Positions 17,928-27,370 of a stretch of 38,644 bases of DNA are shown piece by piece. The DNA lies in IMG/VR virus record IMGVR_UViG_2850756110_000011; one strand, given 5' to 3'. A model generated the notes under the pieces. It did not search any database and was not told the origin of the DNA. It saw only the letters and a list, made by a program, of their open reading frames with translations. Position numbers and translations under genes: made by a program. Positions within the stretch are counted from its first letter, which is position 1. Every line of letters begins with the position of its first letter. This stretch comes from a virus. Taxonomy: Duplodnaviria > Heunggongvirae > Uroviricota > Caudoviricetes.

Positions 17928-18962
17928 TTAAGTAGCTAGTTTATAACTATCAAATTTAACAATGTTATCACTTACCAATTTATTTATTTCCATCATTCTT
18001 TTTTGTAACGGTATTAACTCGTTACGTACAAACACCAGGCTCGCCTTCTCCACATCCCCAAACCCCCCGACATTATTAGGCATAATCCCCATCATTTGCG
18101 GTGGCACACGATGCGCCGCCATCATGTCATCCCGGCTCACGTTCTTGATGTTCAGAAACTCATCCTTCGCCGCGACTTCTGACAACGGGATGATCTGAAG
18201 CCCGTCCTTTTTGCCGTTAGGCGAGTACATAAACAGATTGCGGAAGTTACCTGGTCCTTTGGCGCTTTTCATCGCATTGCGGAGGTTGTTCACATCCTCC
18301 TGGTTTTGCGCGGCATCGGTCATGTACATGATGAAGCCTGCATGACTGCCGTTAATGTAATACTATCGGCGGAACAGCGTGGCGGACTCGTTGAGCAGGG
18401 CTGACGGAATGGCAGAAAGGTAACCTGGCAGGCCGTAGATCTCTTGGTTGATGTCCGGTTCCATCAGATGAAAGATGCTTCCTTTCGTGAACTGATACGG
18501 CTGCGTGGTCATGCCGTATTGCACAAACCAGTAGGTATCCAGGTCTAATCCGCGTCGGGTGTATTTTGCCAGAGCAGGCTCAAGAGCGATGACCTCTCCG
18601 AACCGGTTTGTGCGTTTCTCCAGGTAAGCGTTACCAAATACCAGATAATCCTGCACAAAACGTGAAAAAGCCTGCTGGCTGAGCAGCGGGTGAGGGATGT
18701 AGGTACTGATCAGAATGTTGCATTTCACCGCAATTGGTGAACTGTGATGCACGGCGGCGCGGAAGGTGCGCGCCAGTCCGTCAAAACTCACTGGCGGCTC
18801 ATACCAGCGATCTGTCTGTACGCATTCCACATAGTCCAGTAGTTCACGGCGGTCCAGAACCGGAACGGGATCGCCGAAGCTGAATGCTTCGGCTGAAGTC
18901 TGGTTTTTATGCTGGGTCTGTTTCGTCGCCGCAGCGCGGTTCTTCTTACTCTTTCCCATCAA
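17928..18962 (-). pseudogene. P2 gpQ-like portal protein with an in-frame TAG stop (18363-18365) after codon 199
   Basis: Two ORF calls (18363-18962 and 17928-18329) are in the same frame: ...SATLFRR*YYINGSHAGFIMYMTDAAQNQ... Confidence 0.8.
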
Positions 18963-20725
18963 AAAATCTCCACAATATTGCTGGTATTGGCGGACTCGCC
19001 CTGCAGCGGTTCGTTAAACAGTGCGTGCATTGTTGCCCAGGCCAGATCGGCATGGCTGGCTTCTTCGCTGCGGCTGGCTTCATAGGTCGGGCGGTTGCCG
19101 CTGGCGGTGGTGGCGCGACGGATTGCCATGAATGACTGCGCAATGTCGGTGTGCCCGGCGTCAAACTCAAGACGGCGGTGGCTGATAATGTCGTAGGCCT
19201 TGAGTACCAGGGCGTTTTTAACGTTGGGGTTGTAGACAAACTCCCGGACGGCAGGAAAAAACGCTTTCACGTTCTCGTAAACCCCGTGACCAACGCCGGT
19301 TGAGTCGATGCCGATATAGGTCACGTTGTACTGTTCAGTCAGTTTTTTGATGGCGTAAGCCTGGGCGCGAAAGTCCATTCCGCGCCACTGGTGACGCTCA
19401 AGAATGCGGAACTTACCGCCTGGCACGGCTGGCGGTGCCACCACCACGCATCCGGCGCTGTCGCCGTTCTGCGTACCTTTTGCCGGGTCATAACCGATCC
19501 ACACTTCGCGCCAGCCAAACGGGCGCAGGGCCAGTGCATGAAAGTCGGTCCAGACTTCCCAGCTGTCCACCATGCACGCCTGCAATTCGCTGAGCGGGAA
19601 CACGGACGCGAGATCGTCCACGAACTCGCACATCAGCAGGTTCTGGTATTCGTCAGGGCTGTACTCCATGCGCAACTGGTCAAGGTCGAACAGGTTACAG
19701 GCGCCGCGCACCGCATCTTCCACGGTGACTATCTGGCGGTATTGCCCGTCTGCGCACAGCAGGCCGGGGGCCAGATTGCTGTGGGACAGGTCGATGTCCA
19801 CCTTGTCAGCTTTGTTGCGCCCACGGTTGAACAGCGCACCGGACCAGAACGGATAAGCACTGTGGGTCAGACTGGATGGTGTGGAAAAATAGGTCTGCCG
19901 CCATTTCTTGTGAATAGCCATACCAGAAGCCACTTTGCGTAGCTCCTGAAATTTCGGTATCCAGAAATATTCATCCAGATACAGGTTACCGTGATAACTC
20001 TGGGCAGTGCGGGCATTGGTGCCGAGGAAATACAGTGTGGCCCCGTTGGGAAGCACCATCGGATCGCCTTTCAGCTCCACCTCCACTTCTTTGGCAAAGT
20101 CGATGATGTACTGTTTGAAGACGTGGGCCTGTGCCTTACTGGCAGAAAGGAAAATCTGGTTACGTCCGGTAAGCAGGGCGTCAATCAGGGCTTCACGGGC
20201 AAAATAGAAGGTCGCGCCGATCTGGCGTGACTTCAGCAGGTTGCGGATGCGGTTGGTTTTTCCGGCTTCCCACCAGTGGCGCTGGTAGTTGAACATGGAG
20301 GAATGGAAATTTTTTTCCAGCTTCTCAATCTGGTCATCGGTGAAAACATTCTTTTCAGGCTGACGGCGTGGGCCTTTGTTGCGGTTGGCGACGTTAGGGT
20401 TTAAGTCGGCTTCGTTGCCGCCATTGTTAAACTTGCCGATCCGCGCGTGGCGCTCAGACTGGCGCGCCAGCAGGTCAATATCTTTGAAATCTTTCCCTTC
20501 TTTGTGCTCCTTCATGATGAGCTGGCAGTAGCGTGCGGCGGTGGTGAGCTGCATCTGATCCAGAGGCCCATAGTCACCCCACTTGTCGCGTTTTTTCCAG
20601 CTGTAAACGGTTGCAACTTTCTCGCCCAGCATTTCAGCAATGCGGGCTACGCGGTATCCCTGAAAGTACAGCAGCATGGCCTGCCGACGGGGATCGAGAT
20701 CTGCGGGTGTCAGTGTGGTGTTCAT
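18959..20725 (-). CDS. terminase large (ATPase) subunit, P2 gpP-like
   Basis: 588 aa, P2 gpP-sized; adjacent to and overlapping the portal gene start. Confidence 0.9.
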   Translation of the reverse strand: MNTTLTPADLDPRRQAMLLYFQGYRVARIAEMLGEKVATVYSWKKRDKWGDYGPLDQMQLTTAARYCQLIMKEHKEGKDFKDIDLLARQSERHARIGKFNNGGNEADLNPNVANRNKGPRRQPEKNVFTDDQIEKLEKNFHSSMFNYQRHWWEAGKTNRIRNLLKSRQIGATFYFAREALIDALLTGRNQIFLSASKAQAHVFKQYIIDFAKEVEVELKGDPMVLPNGATLYFLGTNARTAQSYHGNLYLDEYFWIPKFQELRKVASGMAIHKKWRQTYFSTPSSLTHSAYPFWSGALFNRGRNKADKVDIDLSHSNLAPGLLCADGQYRQIVTVEDAVRGACNLFDLDQLRMEYSPDEYQNLLMCEFVDDLASVFPLSELQACMVDSWEVWTDFHALALRPFGWREVWIGYDPAKGTQNGDSAGCVVVAPPAVPGGKFRILERHQWRGMDFRAQAYAIKKLTEQYNVTYIGIDSTGVGHGVYENVKAFFPAVREFVYNPNVKNALVLKAYDIISHRRLEFDAGHTDIAQSFMAIRRATTASGNRPTYEASRSEEASHADLAWATMHALFNEPLQGESANTSNIVEIF

Positions 20726-20771
20726 GGCACAAACCTACAGCCTTGAATGAAGGCTTTCCCCGCCTGCGGTT

Positions 20772-20789
20772 TGTGTGGTTGTCGGTACA
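20772..20789. promoter_or_regulatory. P2-type late promoter activator site (TGT-N12-ACA dyad) in the divergent P/O intergenic region
   Basis: TGTGTGGTTGTCGGTACA read directly; Ogr-family activators recognise TGT-N12-ACA upstream of P2 late promoters (established knowledge). Confidence 0.45.
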
Positions 20790-20867
20790 AATACCGCGCA
20801 TTGTTTCACTGCCCCTATCACCGCAACCATAAGGCTCCAGTAAGTTTTTTCTAACGGAGCACGGCTC

Positions 20868-21701
20868 ATGACAGTGAAAGCAAAGCGTTTTCGCATCGGG
20901 GTGGAAGGTGCCACCACCGACGGACGCGAAATCCAGCGTGAATGGCTGGAACAGATGGCAGCCAGCTATAACCCGGCGGTGTATACCGCGCTGATTAACC
21001 TTGAGCACATCAAGTCTTATCTGCCGGACAGCACCTTTAACCGCTACGGCAAGGTGACGGCGCTGTTTGCTGAAGAAATCACGGAAGGTCCGCTGGCAGG
21101 CAAGATGGCGCTGTATGCTGACGTTGAGCCAACGGAGTCCCTGGTGGAACTGGTGAAAAAAGGCCAGAAATTATTCACCTCTATGGAAGTCAGCCCGAAG
21201 TTCGCTGATACGGGCAAAGCCTACCTGGTCGGCCTGGCTGCCACTGATGACCCTGCCAGTCTGGGCACTGAAATGCTGACATTCAGCGCCAGTGCAGCCC
21301 ATAACCCGCTGGCAAACCGCAAGCAGAATCCCGCCAATCTCTTTACCGCCGCAGAGGAAACGGTGATCGAACTGGAAGAAGTCCAGGACGACAAACCGTC
21401 CCTGTTTGCCCGCGTCACGGCGCTGTTTACCAAAAAAGAGCAGTCCGATGACGCCCGGTTCTCTGATGTGCATAAGGCCGTGGAGCTGGTCGCCACTGAG
21501 CAGCAGAACCTGAGCGCACGCACCGAAAAATCCCTGTCTGAGCAGGAAGAACGCCTGTCTGAGCTGGAGACTGCCCTGCAGGCACAGCAAACCGCCTTTA
21601 ACGAACTGGTGGACAAGCTGAGTCATGAAGACAGCCGCCAGGACTACCGCCAGCGTGCAACAGGCGGTAACGCCCCCGCTGACACTCTGACCAATTGCTG
21701 A
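20868..21701 (+). CDS. capsid scaffolding protein, P2 gpO-like
   Basis: 277 aa; position and size between terminase and major capsid. Confidence 0.85.
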   Translation: MTVKAKRFRIGVEGATTDGREIQREWLEQMAASYNPAVYTALINLEHIKSYLPDSTFNRYGKVTALFAEEITEGPLAGKMALYADVEPTESLVELVKKGQKLFTSMEVSPKFADTGKAYLVGLAATDDPASLGTEMLTFSASAAHNPLANRKQNPANLFTAAEETVIELEEVQDDKPSLFARVTALFTKKEQSDDARFSDVHKAVELVATEQQNLSARTEKSLSEQEERLSELETALQAQQTAFNELVDKLSHEDSRQDYRQRATGGNAPADTLTNC

Positions 21702-21717
21702 TGGAGCACAAAACCTG

Positions 21718-22776
21718 ATGAAGAAGAATACCCGCTTTGCTTTTAACGCTTACCTGCAGCAACTGGCGCGTCTGAACGGTGTGGCAGTTGAAGAACTGTC
21801 CAGCAAGTTCACCGTAGAGCCGTCCGTGCAGCAGACGCTGGAAGACCAGATCCAGCAGTCCGCCGCTTTCCTGACTCTGATTAACGTCACGCCAGTGACT
21901 GAGCAGTCCGGTCAGCTGCTGGGGTTGGGAGTTGGCAGCACCATTGCCGGAACCACTGATACCACTGCGAAAGAGCGTGAACCTGTCGATCCGACGCTGA
22001 TGGTCGATGTGGAATATAAATGCGAGCAGACCAACTTTGACACGGTGCTGACCTACGCGAAGCTGGACCTGTGGGCGAAGTTTCAGGATTTTCAGGTGCG
22101 TATCCGTGACGCCATCGTGAAACGTCAGGCACTGGACCGCATCATGATCGGCTTTAATGGCGTGAAGCGTGCGAAAACCTCCAACCGTAGCGAAAACCCG
22201 CTGCTGCAGGATGTGAATAAAGGCTGGCTGCAGAAAATCCGTGAGGATGCACCGGATCACGTCATGGGCAGCACCACCACGGGCGGTGAAACCACACCGG
22301 GCGCAGTGAAAGTCGGGAAAGGTGGCGAATATGCCAACCTGGACGCCGTGGTGATGGATGCCGTCAATGAGCTTATCGACGTGGTCTACCAGGACGATGA
22401 CGATCTGGTGGTGATTTGCGGTCGTGAACTGCTGTCTGACAAGTATTTCCCGCTGGTCAACAAAGAGCAGGAAAACAGTGAAAAACTGGCTGCCGATATG
22501 ATCATCAGTCAGAAACGCATGGGTGGCCTGCAGGCCGTGCGTGCGCCGTTCTTCCCGCCGAATGCGCTGCTGATCACCCGTCTGGATAACCTGTCCATCT
22601 ACTGGCAGGAAGACACCCGCCGCCGTTCAGTTATCGACAACCCGAAACGTGACCGGATTGAAAACTTTGAATCCGTTAACGAAGCCTATGTGGTTGAGGA
22701 CTACCGCTGCGCCGCACTGGTGGAAAACATCCAGATTAGTGATTTCAGCGCCGCCGCAGCCGAAACCGGAGCGTAA
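21718..22776 (+). CDS. major capsid protein, P2 gpN-like
   Basis: 352 aa, P2 gpN-sized, following scaffold. Confidence 0.9.
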   Translation: MKKNTRFAFNAYLQQLARLNGVAVEELSSKFTVEPSVQQTLEDQIQQSAAFLTLINVTPVTEQSGQLLGLGVGSTIAGTTDTTAKEREPVDPTLMVDVEYKCEQTNFDTVLTYAKLDLWAKFQDFQVRIRDAIVKRQALDRIMIGFNGVKRAKTSNRSENPLLQDVNKGWLQKIREDAPDHVMGSTTTGGETTPGAVKVGKGGEYANLDAVVMDAVNELIDVVYQDDDDLVVICGRELLSDKYFPLVNKEQENSEKLAADMIISQKRMGGLQAVRAPFFPPNALLITRLDNLSIYWQEDTRRRSVIDNPKRDRIENFESVNEAYVVEDYRCAALVENIQISDFSAAAAETGA

Positions 22777-22779
22777 TCC

Positions 22780-23430
22780 ATGAGCCTGAGTCCCGCACGG
22801 CAGCATCGCCTGCGCGTTCAGGCTGAACAGGCCGCCCGTGAGGGTGGCAGTGTTCGCCACGCATCGGGCTATGACCTGATGCTGCTGCAACTGGCGGAAG
22901 ACCGCCGCCGTCTCAAGGGCGTTCAGTCCACGGTCAAAAAAGCGGAAATCAAAGTGGAGCTGCTGCCGAAGTACGCCGCCTGGGCGGAGGGTGTCCTGGC
23001 TGCCGGAGGCGCTCAACAGGATGACGTGCTGATGTACGTGATGTTGTGGCGCATTGATGCCGGAGATTATGCCGGGGCGCTGGAGATCTGGCGTCATGCC
23101 CTGCGTCATGGATGGGTGATGCCGCTGGGCAACCGCAACGTGCAGACCGTGCTGACAGAGGAAATGGCAGATGCAGCGCAGAGCGCAATGCTTGCCGCCA
23201 CCGGCTTTGATGCCGATCTGTTGCTGCAGACGCTGGAGCTGACAGACGGTCTGGATATGCCGGACCAGTCACGGGCACGTCTGCATAAAGCGATTGGCGC
23301 GGTCCTGAGTGAAAGCAATCCGGCTTCCGCCCTTAATCATCTCAACCATGCGTTACAGCTCGATCCCCGCTGTGGCGTGAAAAAAGACAAACAGCAGCTG
23401 GAGCGCAGACTGCGCAATGACAGCCGCTGA
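22780..23430 (+). CDS. terminase small (endonuclease) subunit, P2 gpM-like
   Basis: 216 aa; ...DDVLMYVMLWRIDAGDYAGALEIWRHALRHGW... resembles my recollection of P2 gpM. Confidence 0.8.
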   Translation: MSLSPARQHRLRVQAEQAAREGGSVRHASGYDLMLLQLAEDRRRLKGVQSTVKKAEIKVELLPKYAAWAEGVLAAGGAQQDDVLMYVMLWRIDAGDYAGALEIWRHALRHGWVMPLGNRNVQTVLTEEMADAAQSAMLAATGFDADLLLQTLELTDGLDMPDQSRARLHKAIGAVLSESNPASALNHLNHALQLDPRCGVKKDKQQLERRLRNDSR

Positions 23431-23525
23431 CAGAACGTGCCCCCGCGCACGGGCGGCACGGGGTGGCGAAAGGCACAGCCACATCAAAACCCCGTCCACC
23501 GCCCTTTATTTCAGGAGAAAGCAGC

Positions 23526-23972
23526 ATGAAGTTTGTTGCGCCAGAACAGGCACCGGAACAGGCGGAAATCATTAGAAATACGCCGTTCTGGCCTGATGTG
23601 GACCTGTCGGAGTTTCGCAGTGTCATGCGCACTGACGGCACGGTGACGCAGCCGCGTTTAAAGTAGGTTGCACTGTCGGCAATTTCGGAGGTTAACGCAG
23701 AGCTGTATGAATTTCGCAGACGCCAGCAGATGCTGGGGTATGCGTCGGAACAGCTGGACGGGAAAAGTGAGCGCATTCAGCACTATTTCAACGCGGTTTA
23801 CTGCTGGGCTCGCGCCATGCTCAACGAACGTTTCCAGGACTATGACGCCACGGCATCCGGTGCGAAGCGGGGCGAAGAACTGGCGGAAGCAAGCGGTGAT
23901 TTGTGGCGTGACGCCCGCTGGGCCATCAGCCGGGTGCAGGACGCGCCGCACTGCACAGTGGAGCTTATCTGA
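23526..23972 (+). pseudogene. head completion/stabilisation protein, P2 gpL-like, with an in-frame TAG stop (23664-23666) after codon 46
   Basis: MKFVAPEQ...TQPRLK*VALSAISEVNAELYEFRRRQQMLGYASEQ...; both ORF calls share one frame; RBS CAGGAGAAAGCAGCATG. Confidence 0.7.
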
Positions 23973-24175
23973 TGAAAGTGCGTGCGCATCAGTATGACAC
24001 GGTGGACGCGCTTTGCTGGCGTCATTACGGGCGCACGCAGGGTGTCACGGAGCAGGTACTGAAGGCAAATCCGGGGCTTGCCGAATACGGCCCCTTTGTA
24101 CCTCACGGGCTGCAGGTGGAGCTGCCGGACATTCCGACCACCACCACCGTGCAGACCGTCCAGCTATGGGACTGA
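23972..24175 (+). CDS. tail protein, P2 gpX-like
   Basis: 67 aa; position between L and lysis genes. Confidence 0.7.
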   Translation: MKVRAHQYDTVDALCWRHYGRTQGVTEQVLKANPGLAEYGPFVPHGLQVELPDIPTTTTVQTVQLWD

Positions 24176-24178
24176 ATT

Positions 24179-24394
24179 ATGACGCTTGAGCGAATCAGCG
24201 CCTTTATCACGTATTGCATCGCCGTCGTGCTGGCCTGGCTGGGCGATTTGTCCATCAAGGATGCCTCAACGCTGGGCGGCCTGATGATTGGTGTGCTGAT
24301 GCTGGCTATCAACTGGTACTACAAACACAAAGCCTACCAGCTTCTGCGCGACGGGCAGATCTCGCGGGAGGACTATGAATCCATCAATCGTTAA
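24179..24394 (+). CDS. holin (small two-TMD membrane protein)
   Basis: 71 aa with two hydrophobic segments and charged C-terminus; immediately upstream of and overlapping the endolysin. Confidence 0.65.
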   Translation: MTLERISAFITYCIAVVLAWLGDLSIKDASTLGGLMIGVLMLAINWYYKHKAYQLLRDGQISREDYESINR

Positions 24395-24887
24395 ACGCTG
24401 CCTTGTCGGGGCCGTGCTGGCTATTGCTGCCACGCTGCCGGGTTTTCAGCAGCTTCACACCTCCGTGGAGGGACTGAAACTGATTGCCGATTACGAAGGT
24501 TGTCGTCTGCAGCCGTATCAGTGCAGCGCGGGTGTCTGGACCGACGGTATTGGTAATACGTCGGGCGTCATTCCCGGCAAAACCATTACGGAGCGACAGG
24601 CAGCAGAAGGGCTGATCTCCAACGTGCTGCGTGTGGAGCGGGCGCTTGAAAGGTGTGTGAAGCAACAGCCGCCGCAGAAGGTGTATGACGCTGCGGTGTC
24701 GTTTGCCTTCAACGTGGGTACGGGCAATGCCTGCAGTTCCACGCTGGTGAAATTGCTCAATCAGCGGCGCTGGGCGGATGCGTGCCGACAGTTGCCGCGC
24801 TGGGTTTATGTGAAAGGTGTTTTTAATCAGGGGCTGGATAACCGCCGTGCGCGGGAGATGGCCTGGTGTTTACAGGGAGCAAACTGA
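24375..24887 (+). CDS. endolysin, lysozyme-type with N-terminal signal-anchor (SAR-like) segment
   Basis: N-terminal hydrophobic LVGAVLAIAATLPGF, then ...GLKLIADYEGCRLQPYQCSAGVWTDGIGNT... lysozyme-like core. Confidence 0.85.
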   Translation: MNPSIVKRCLVGAVLAIAATLPGFQQLHTSVEGLKLIADYEGCRLQPYQCSAGVWTDGIGNTSGVIPGKTITERQAAEGLISNVLRVERALERCVKQQPPQKVYDAAVSFAFNVGTGNACSSTLVKLLNQRRWADACRQLPRWVYVKGVFNQGLDNRRAREMAWCLQGAN

Positions 24888-24888
24888 A

Positions 24889-25266
24889 ATGAAAAAGAAA
24901 TTAATCAGCGGGCTGTTTCTGATGTTATGGATGGCGCTGTTAATCGCAGCAATAGTGTATCCGCAGGGGATTTTTCCGGTACTGGCAGCGTCCGGCGTTT
25001 GGGTAGCCTGTTTACTGACATGGGCGGTAATTCCGGTAGCACTGGCTTCGTTAATTAAGAATGGCCCGCTCTGGCAGGAGTTGAGGGCATCTTTACTGAA
25101 GACAATTACCCGAAAAGAAAACGTATTTATCAGCTGGGTGATACGATTGCTGATTGTCGTCAGTCTCGCCTGGACGGGGTGGGCCATTACCCTGGTCTTT
25201 TATCTGCTGACCGTTATTGCCTTCTGGATCACCCGTAATCAGATGGCGCAACAGGTAGCCGCATGA
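24889..25266 (+). CDS. lysis-associated membrane protein (LysA-like, about 4 TMD)
   Basis: MKKKLISGLFLMLWMALLIAAIVYPQGIFPVLAASGVWVACLLTW...; internal start of the 149-aa ORF call. Confidence 0.55.
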   Translation: MKKKLISGLFLMLWMALLIAAIVYPQGIFPVLAASGVWVACLLTWAVIPVALASLIKNGPLWQELRASLLKTITRKENVFISWVIRLLIVVSLAWTGWAITLVFYLLTVIAFWITRNQMAQQVAA

Positions 25267-25691
25267 ACCGGTTGCTGCTGGTTGTGCTGGCGTTATTATT
25301 GGCGGCGCTGGGCTGGCAGACGTGGCGGCTGGCTGATGCCAGCCAGACCATCAGCACGCAGGCAGACGAGCTGCAGAGCAAAAGCCAGGCACTGGCAAAG
25401 AGCAACAGCCAGCTTATCAGCCTGTCCATTCTGACTGAAACCAATAACCGGGAGCAGGCGCGGCTCTATGCCGAAGCAGAACAGACCAGTGTACTGCTGA
25501 GACAACGACAACGCCGGATTGAGGAACTGAAACGTGAGAACGAGGATTTACGTCGCTGGGCTGATACTCCTTTGCCTGCTGACATTATCCGGCTGCGGGA
25601 ACGTCCGGCACTCACCGGAGGTGCAGCTTACCGTCAGTGGTTGTCCGCGAGTGACGCCGTGTCGGCTGGAGCAGGCAGCGCCGCGCACTAA
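25263..25691 (+). CDS. i-spanin (Rz/LysB-like)
   Basis: N-terminal TMD then coiled-coil rich sequence; overlaps preceding gene stop. Confidence 0.65.
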   Translation: MNRLLLVVLALLLAALGWQTWRLADASQTISTQADELQSKSQALAKSNSQLISLSILTETNNREQARLYAEAEQTSVLLRQRQRRIEELKRENEDLRRWADTPLPADIIRLRERPALTGGAAYRQWLSASDAVSAGAGSAAH

Positions 25692-25824
25692 CGGTGATCT
25701 GAATGCGTTGCTGGATGAAACGGAGGCCGCCTGGGCGGTCTGTGCAGACAAAGTGGACATGATTATTGCGTGTCAGGAGCGAAATAGTGAACAAACCACA
25801 ATCCCTGCGCCACGCCCTCAATAA
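25534..25824 (+). CDS. o-spanin (Rz1/LysC-like lipoprotein) in an alternative frame overlapping the i-spanin
   Basis: Signal peptide with lipobox LTLSGC, proline-rich; embedded/overlapping arrangement typical of spanin pairs. Confidence 0.5.
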   Translation: MRTRIYVAGLILLCLLTLSGCGNVRHSPEVQLTVSGCPRVTPCRLEQAAPRTNGDLNALLDETEAAWAVCADKVDMIIACQERNSEQTTIPAPRPQ

Positions 25825-26218
25825 AGCAGTGCCTTATGTCCGTAATAACCCGGACAAACTGCATCTGTTTGTGGATAACGGTTCGCTGGTTGCCTCCGGG
25901 GCTAGCTCCATGTCATGGGAGTACCGCTACACCCTGAACGTGGTGATTGAAGATTTCAGCGGCGACCAGAATCTGCTGATGGCCCCGGTTTTGCTGTGGC
26001 TGCGGGATAACCAGCCCGATGCGATCAATAACCCGGCGTTACGGGAAAAGCTATTCACCTTTGAGGTGGATATTCTGCGCAACGATGTCTGTGATATCAG
26101 CCTTAACCTGCAACTGACGGAGCGTGTGCTGGTCAGCACTGACGGCAGTGTGTCGAACGTTGAAGCGGTAGCGGAACCTGATGAACCTGAAGAAATGTGG
26201 ACGGTGAAACGTGGCTGA
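25787..26218 (+). CDS. tail completion protein, P2 gpR-like (GTG start)
   Basis: VNKPQSLRHALNKAVPYVRNNPDKLHLFVDNGS... with RBS AGGAG 7 nt upstream. Confidence 0.7.
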   Translation: MNKPQSLRHALNKAVPYVRNNPDKLHLFVDNGSLVASGASSMSWEYRYTLNVVIEDFSGDQNLLMAPVLLWLRDNQPDAINNPALREKLFTFEVDILRNDVCDISLNLQLTERVLVSTDGSVSNVEAVAEPDEPEEMWTVKRG

Positions 26219-26612
26219 ATTGCAGAAGGTGGACGACTGGCTGAGTGCATTATTGGCGAATCTGGAGCCAGCCGCAAGAAGCCGCATGATGCGCCAGCTG
26301 GCGCAGGAACTGCGCCGGACACAGCAGCAGAACATCAGGATGCAGCGCAATCCAGATGGCAGCAGTTATGAGCCGCGCAGGGTAACAGCACGCAGCAAAA
26401 AGGGGCGCATCAAACGTCAGATGTTTACAAAGCTGCGCACCACAAAATACCTGAAAACTGCAGCCAGCGCCGATTCTGCCAGCGTACAGTTTGAAGGTAG
26501 GGTGCAGCGCATTGCCCGTATTCACCATTACGGCTTGAGTGATCGCGTCAGTCGAAAAGGTATTTATACCATCTATGCGAAAAGGCAGTTATTAGGTTTT
26601 AATGTCCGGTAA
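26211..26612 (+). pseudogene. tail completion protein, P2 gpS-like, 3' end truncated by IS1 copy 2
   Basis: ORF runs into the IS1 left end at 26608 and terminates on IS1-encoded codons. Confidence 0.7.
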
Positions 26613-26662
26613 TGCTGCCAACTTACTGATTTAGTGTATGATGGTGATTTTAAGGTGCTTGC

Positions 26663-26938
26663 GTGGCTTCCATTTCCATCAGATGTCCTTCCTGCTCCGC
26701 TATTGAAGGCGTGGTGCGTAACGGCAAAAGCACTGCCGGACATCAGCGCTATCTCTGCTCTCATTGCCGTAAAACATGGCAACTACAGTTCACTTACACC
26801 GCCTCTCAGCCCGGTACGCACCAGAAAATCATTGATATGGCCATGAATGGCGTCGGATGTCGCGCCAGTGCACGCATTATGGGCGTTGGCCTCAACACGG
26901 TTTTACGTCACTTAAAAAACTCAGGCCGCAGTCGGTAA
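26663..26938 (+). CDS. insA: IS1 InsA
   Basis: [40 protein letters not shown]... Confidence 0.9.
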   Translation: MASISIRCPSCSAIEGVVRNGKSTAGHQRYLCSHCRKTWQLQFTYTASQPGTHQKIIDMAMNGVGCRASARIMGVGLNTVLRHLKNSGRSR

Positions 26939-27360
26939 CCTCGCGCATACAACCGGGCAGTGATGTGATTGTCTGCGCTGAAATGGACGAACAGTGGGGC
27001 TACGTCGGTGCTAAATCACGTCAGCGCTGGCTGTTTTACGCGTATGACAGGATACGGAGGACGGTTGTGGCGCACGTCTTCGGTGAACGCACTCTGGCCA
27101 CACTGGAGCGTCTTCTGAGCCTGCTGTCGGCCTTTGAGGTCGTGGTATGGATGACGGATGGCTGGCCGCTGTATGAATCACGCCTGAAGGGAAAGCTGCA
27201 CGTTATCAGCAAGCGTTACACTCAGCGCATTGAGCGACATAATCTGAATCTGAGACAACATCTGGCAAGGCTGGGACGGAAGTCACTGTCGTTCTCAAAA
27301 TCGGTGGAGCTGCATGACAAGGTCATCGGGCATTATCTGAACATAAAACACTATCAGTAA
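26937..27360 (+). CDS. insB: IS1 InsB' frame (expressed as InsAB' by -1 frameshift)
   Basis: ...[28 protein letters not shown]...[40 protein letters not shown]. Confidence 0.8.
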
Positions 27361-27370
27361 GTTGGCAGCA

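Noticed and set aside
19391-20746. Several plus-strand ORF calls of 66-183 aa (19391-19942, 19572-19856, 19991-20230, 20447-20746)
   Set aside because: They lie antisense within the large terminase gene, have no RBS or recognisable domains, and are typical shadow ORFs of a GC-rich coding region.
21171-22260. Minus-strand ORFs of 131-220 aa (21171-21626, 21221-21616, 21598-22260)
   Set aside because: Antisense to the scaffold and capsid genes; no independent support.
23431-23525. Possible C-terminal extension or frameshift of the terminase small subunit (216 aa versus the longer P2 gpM I recall)
   Set aside because: Neither alternative frame in the 95-bp gap gives a convincing basic tail; the length difference may be natural variation.
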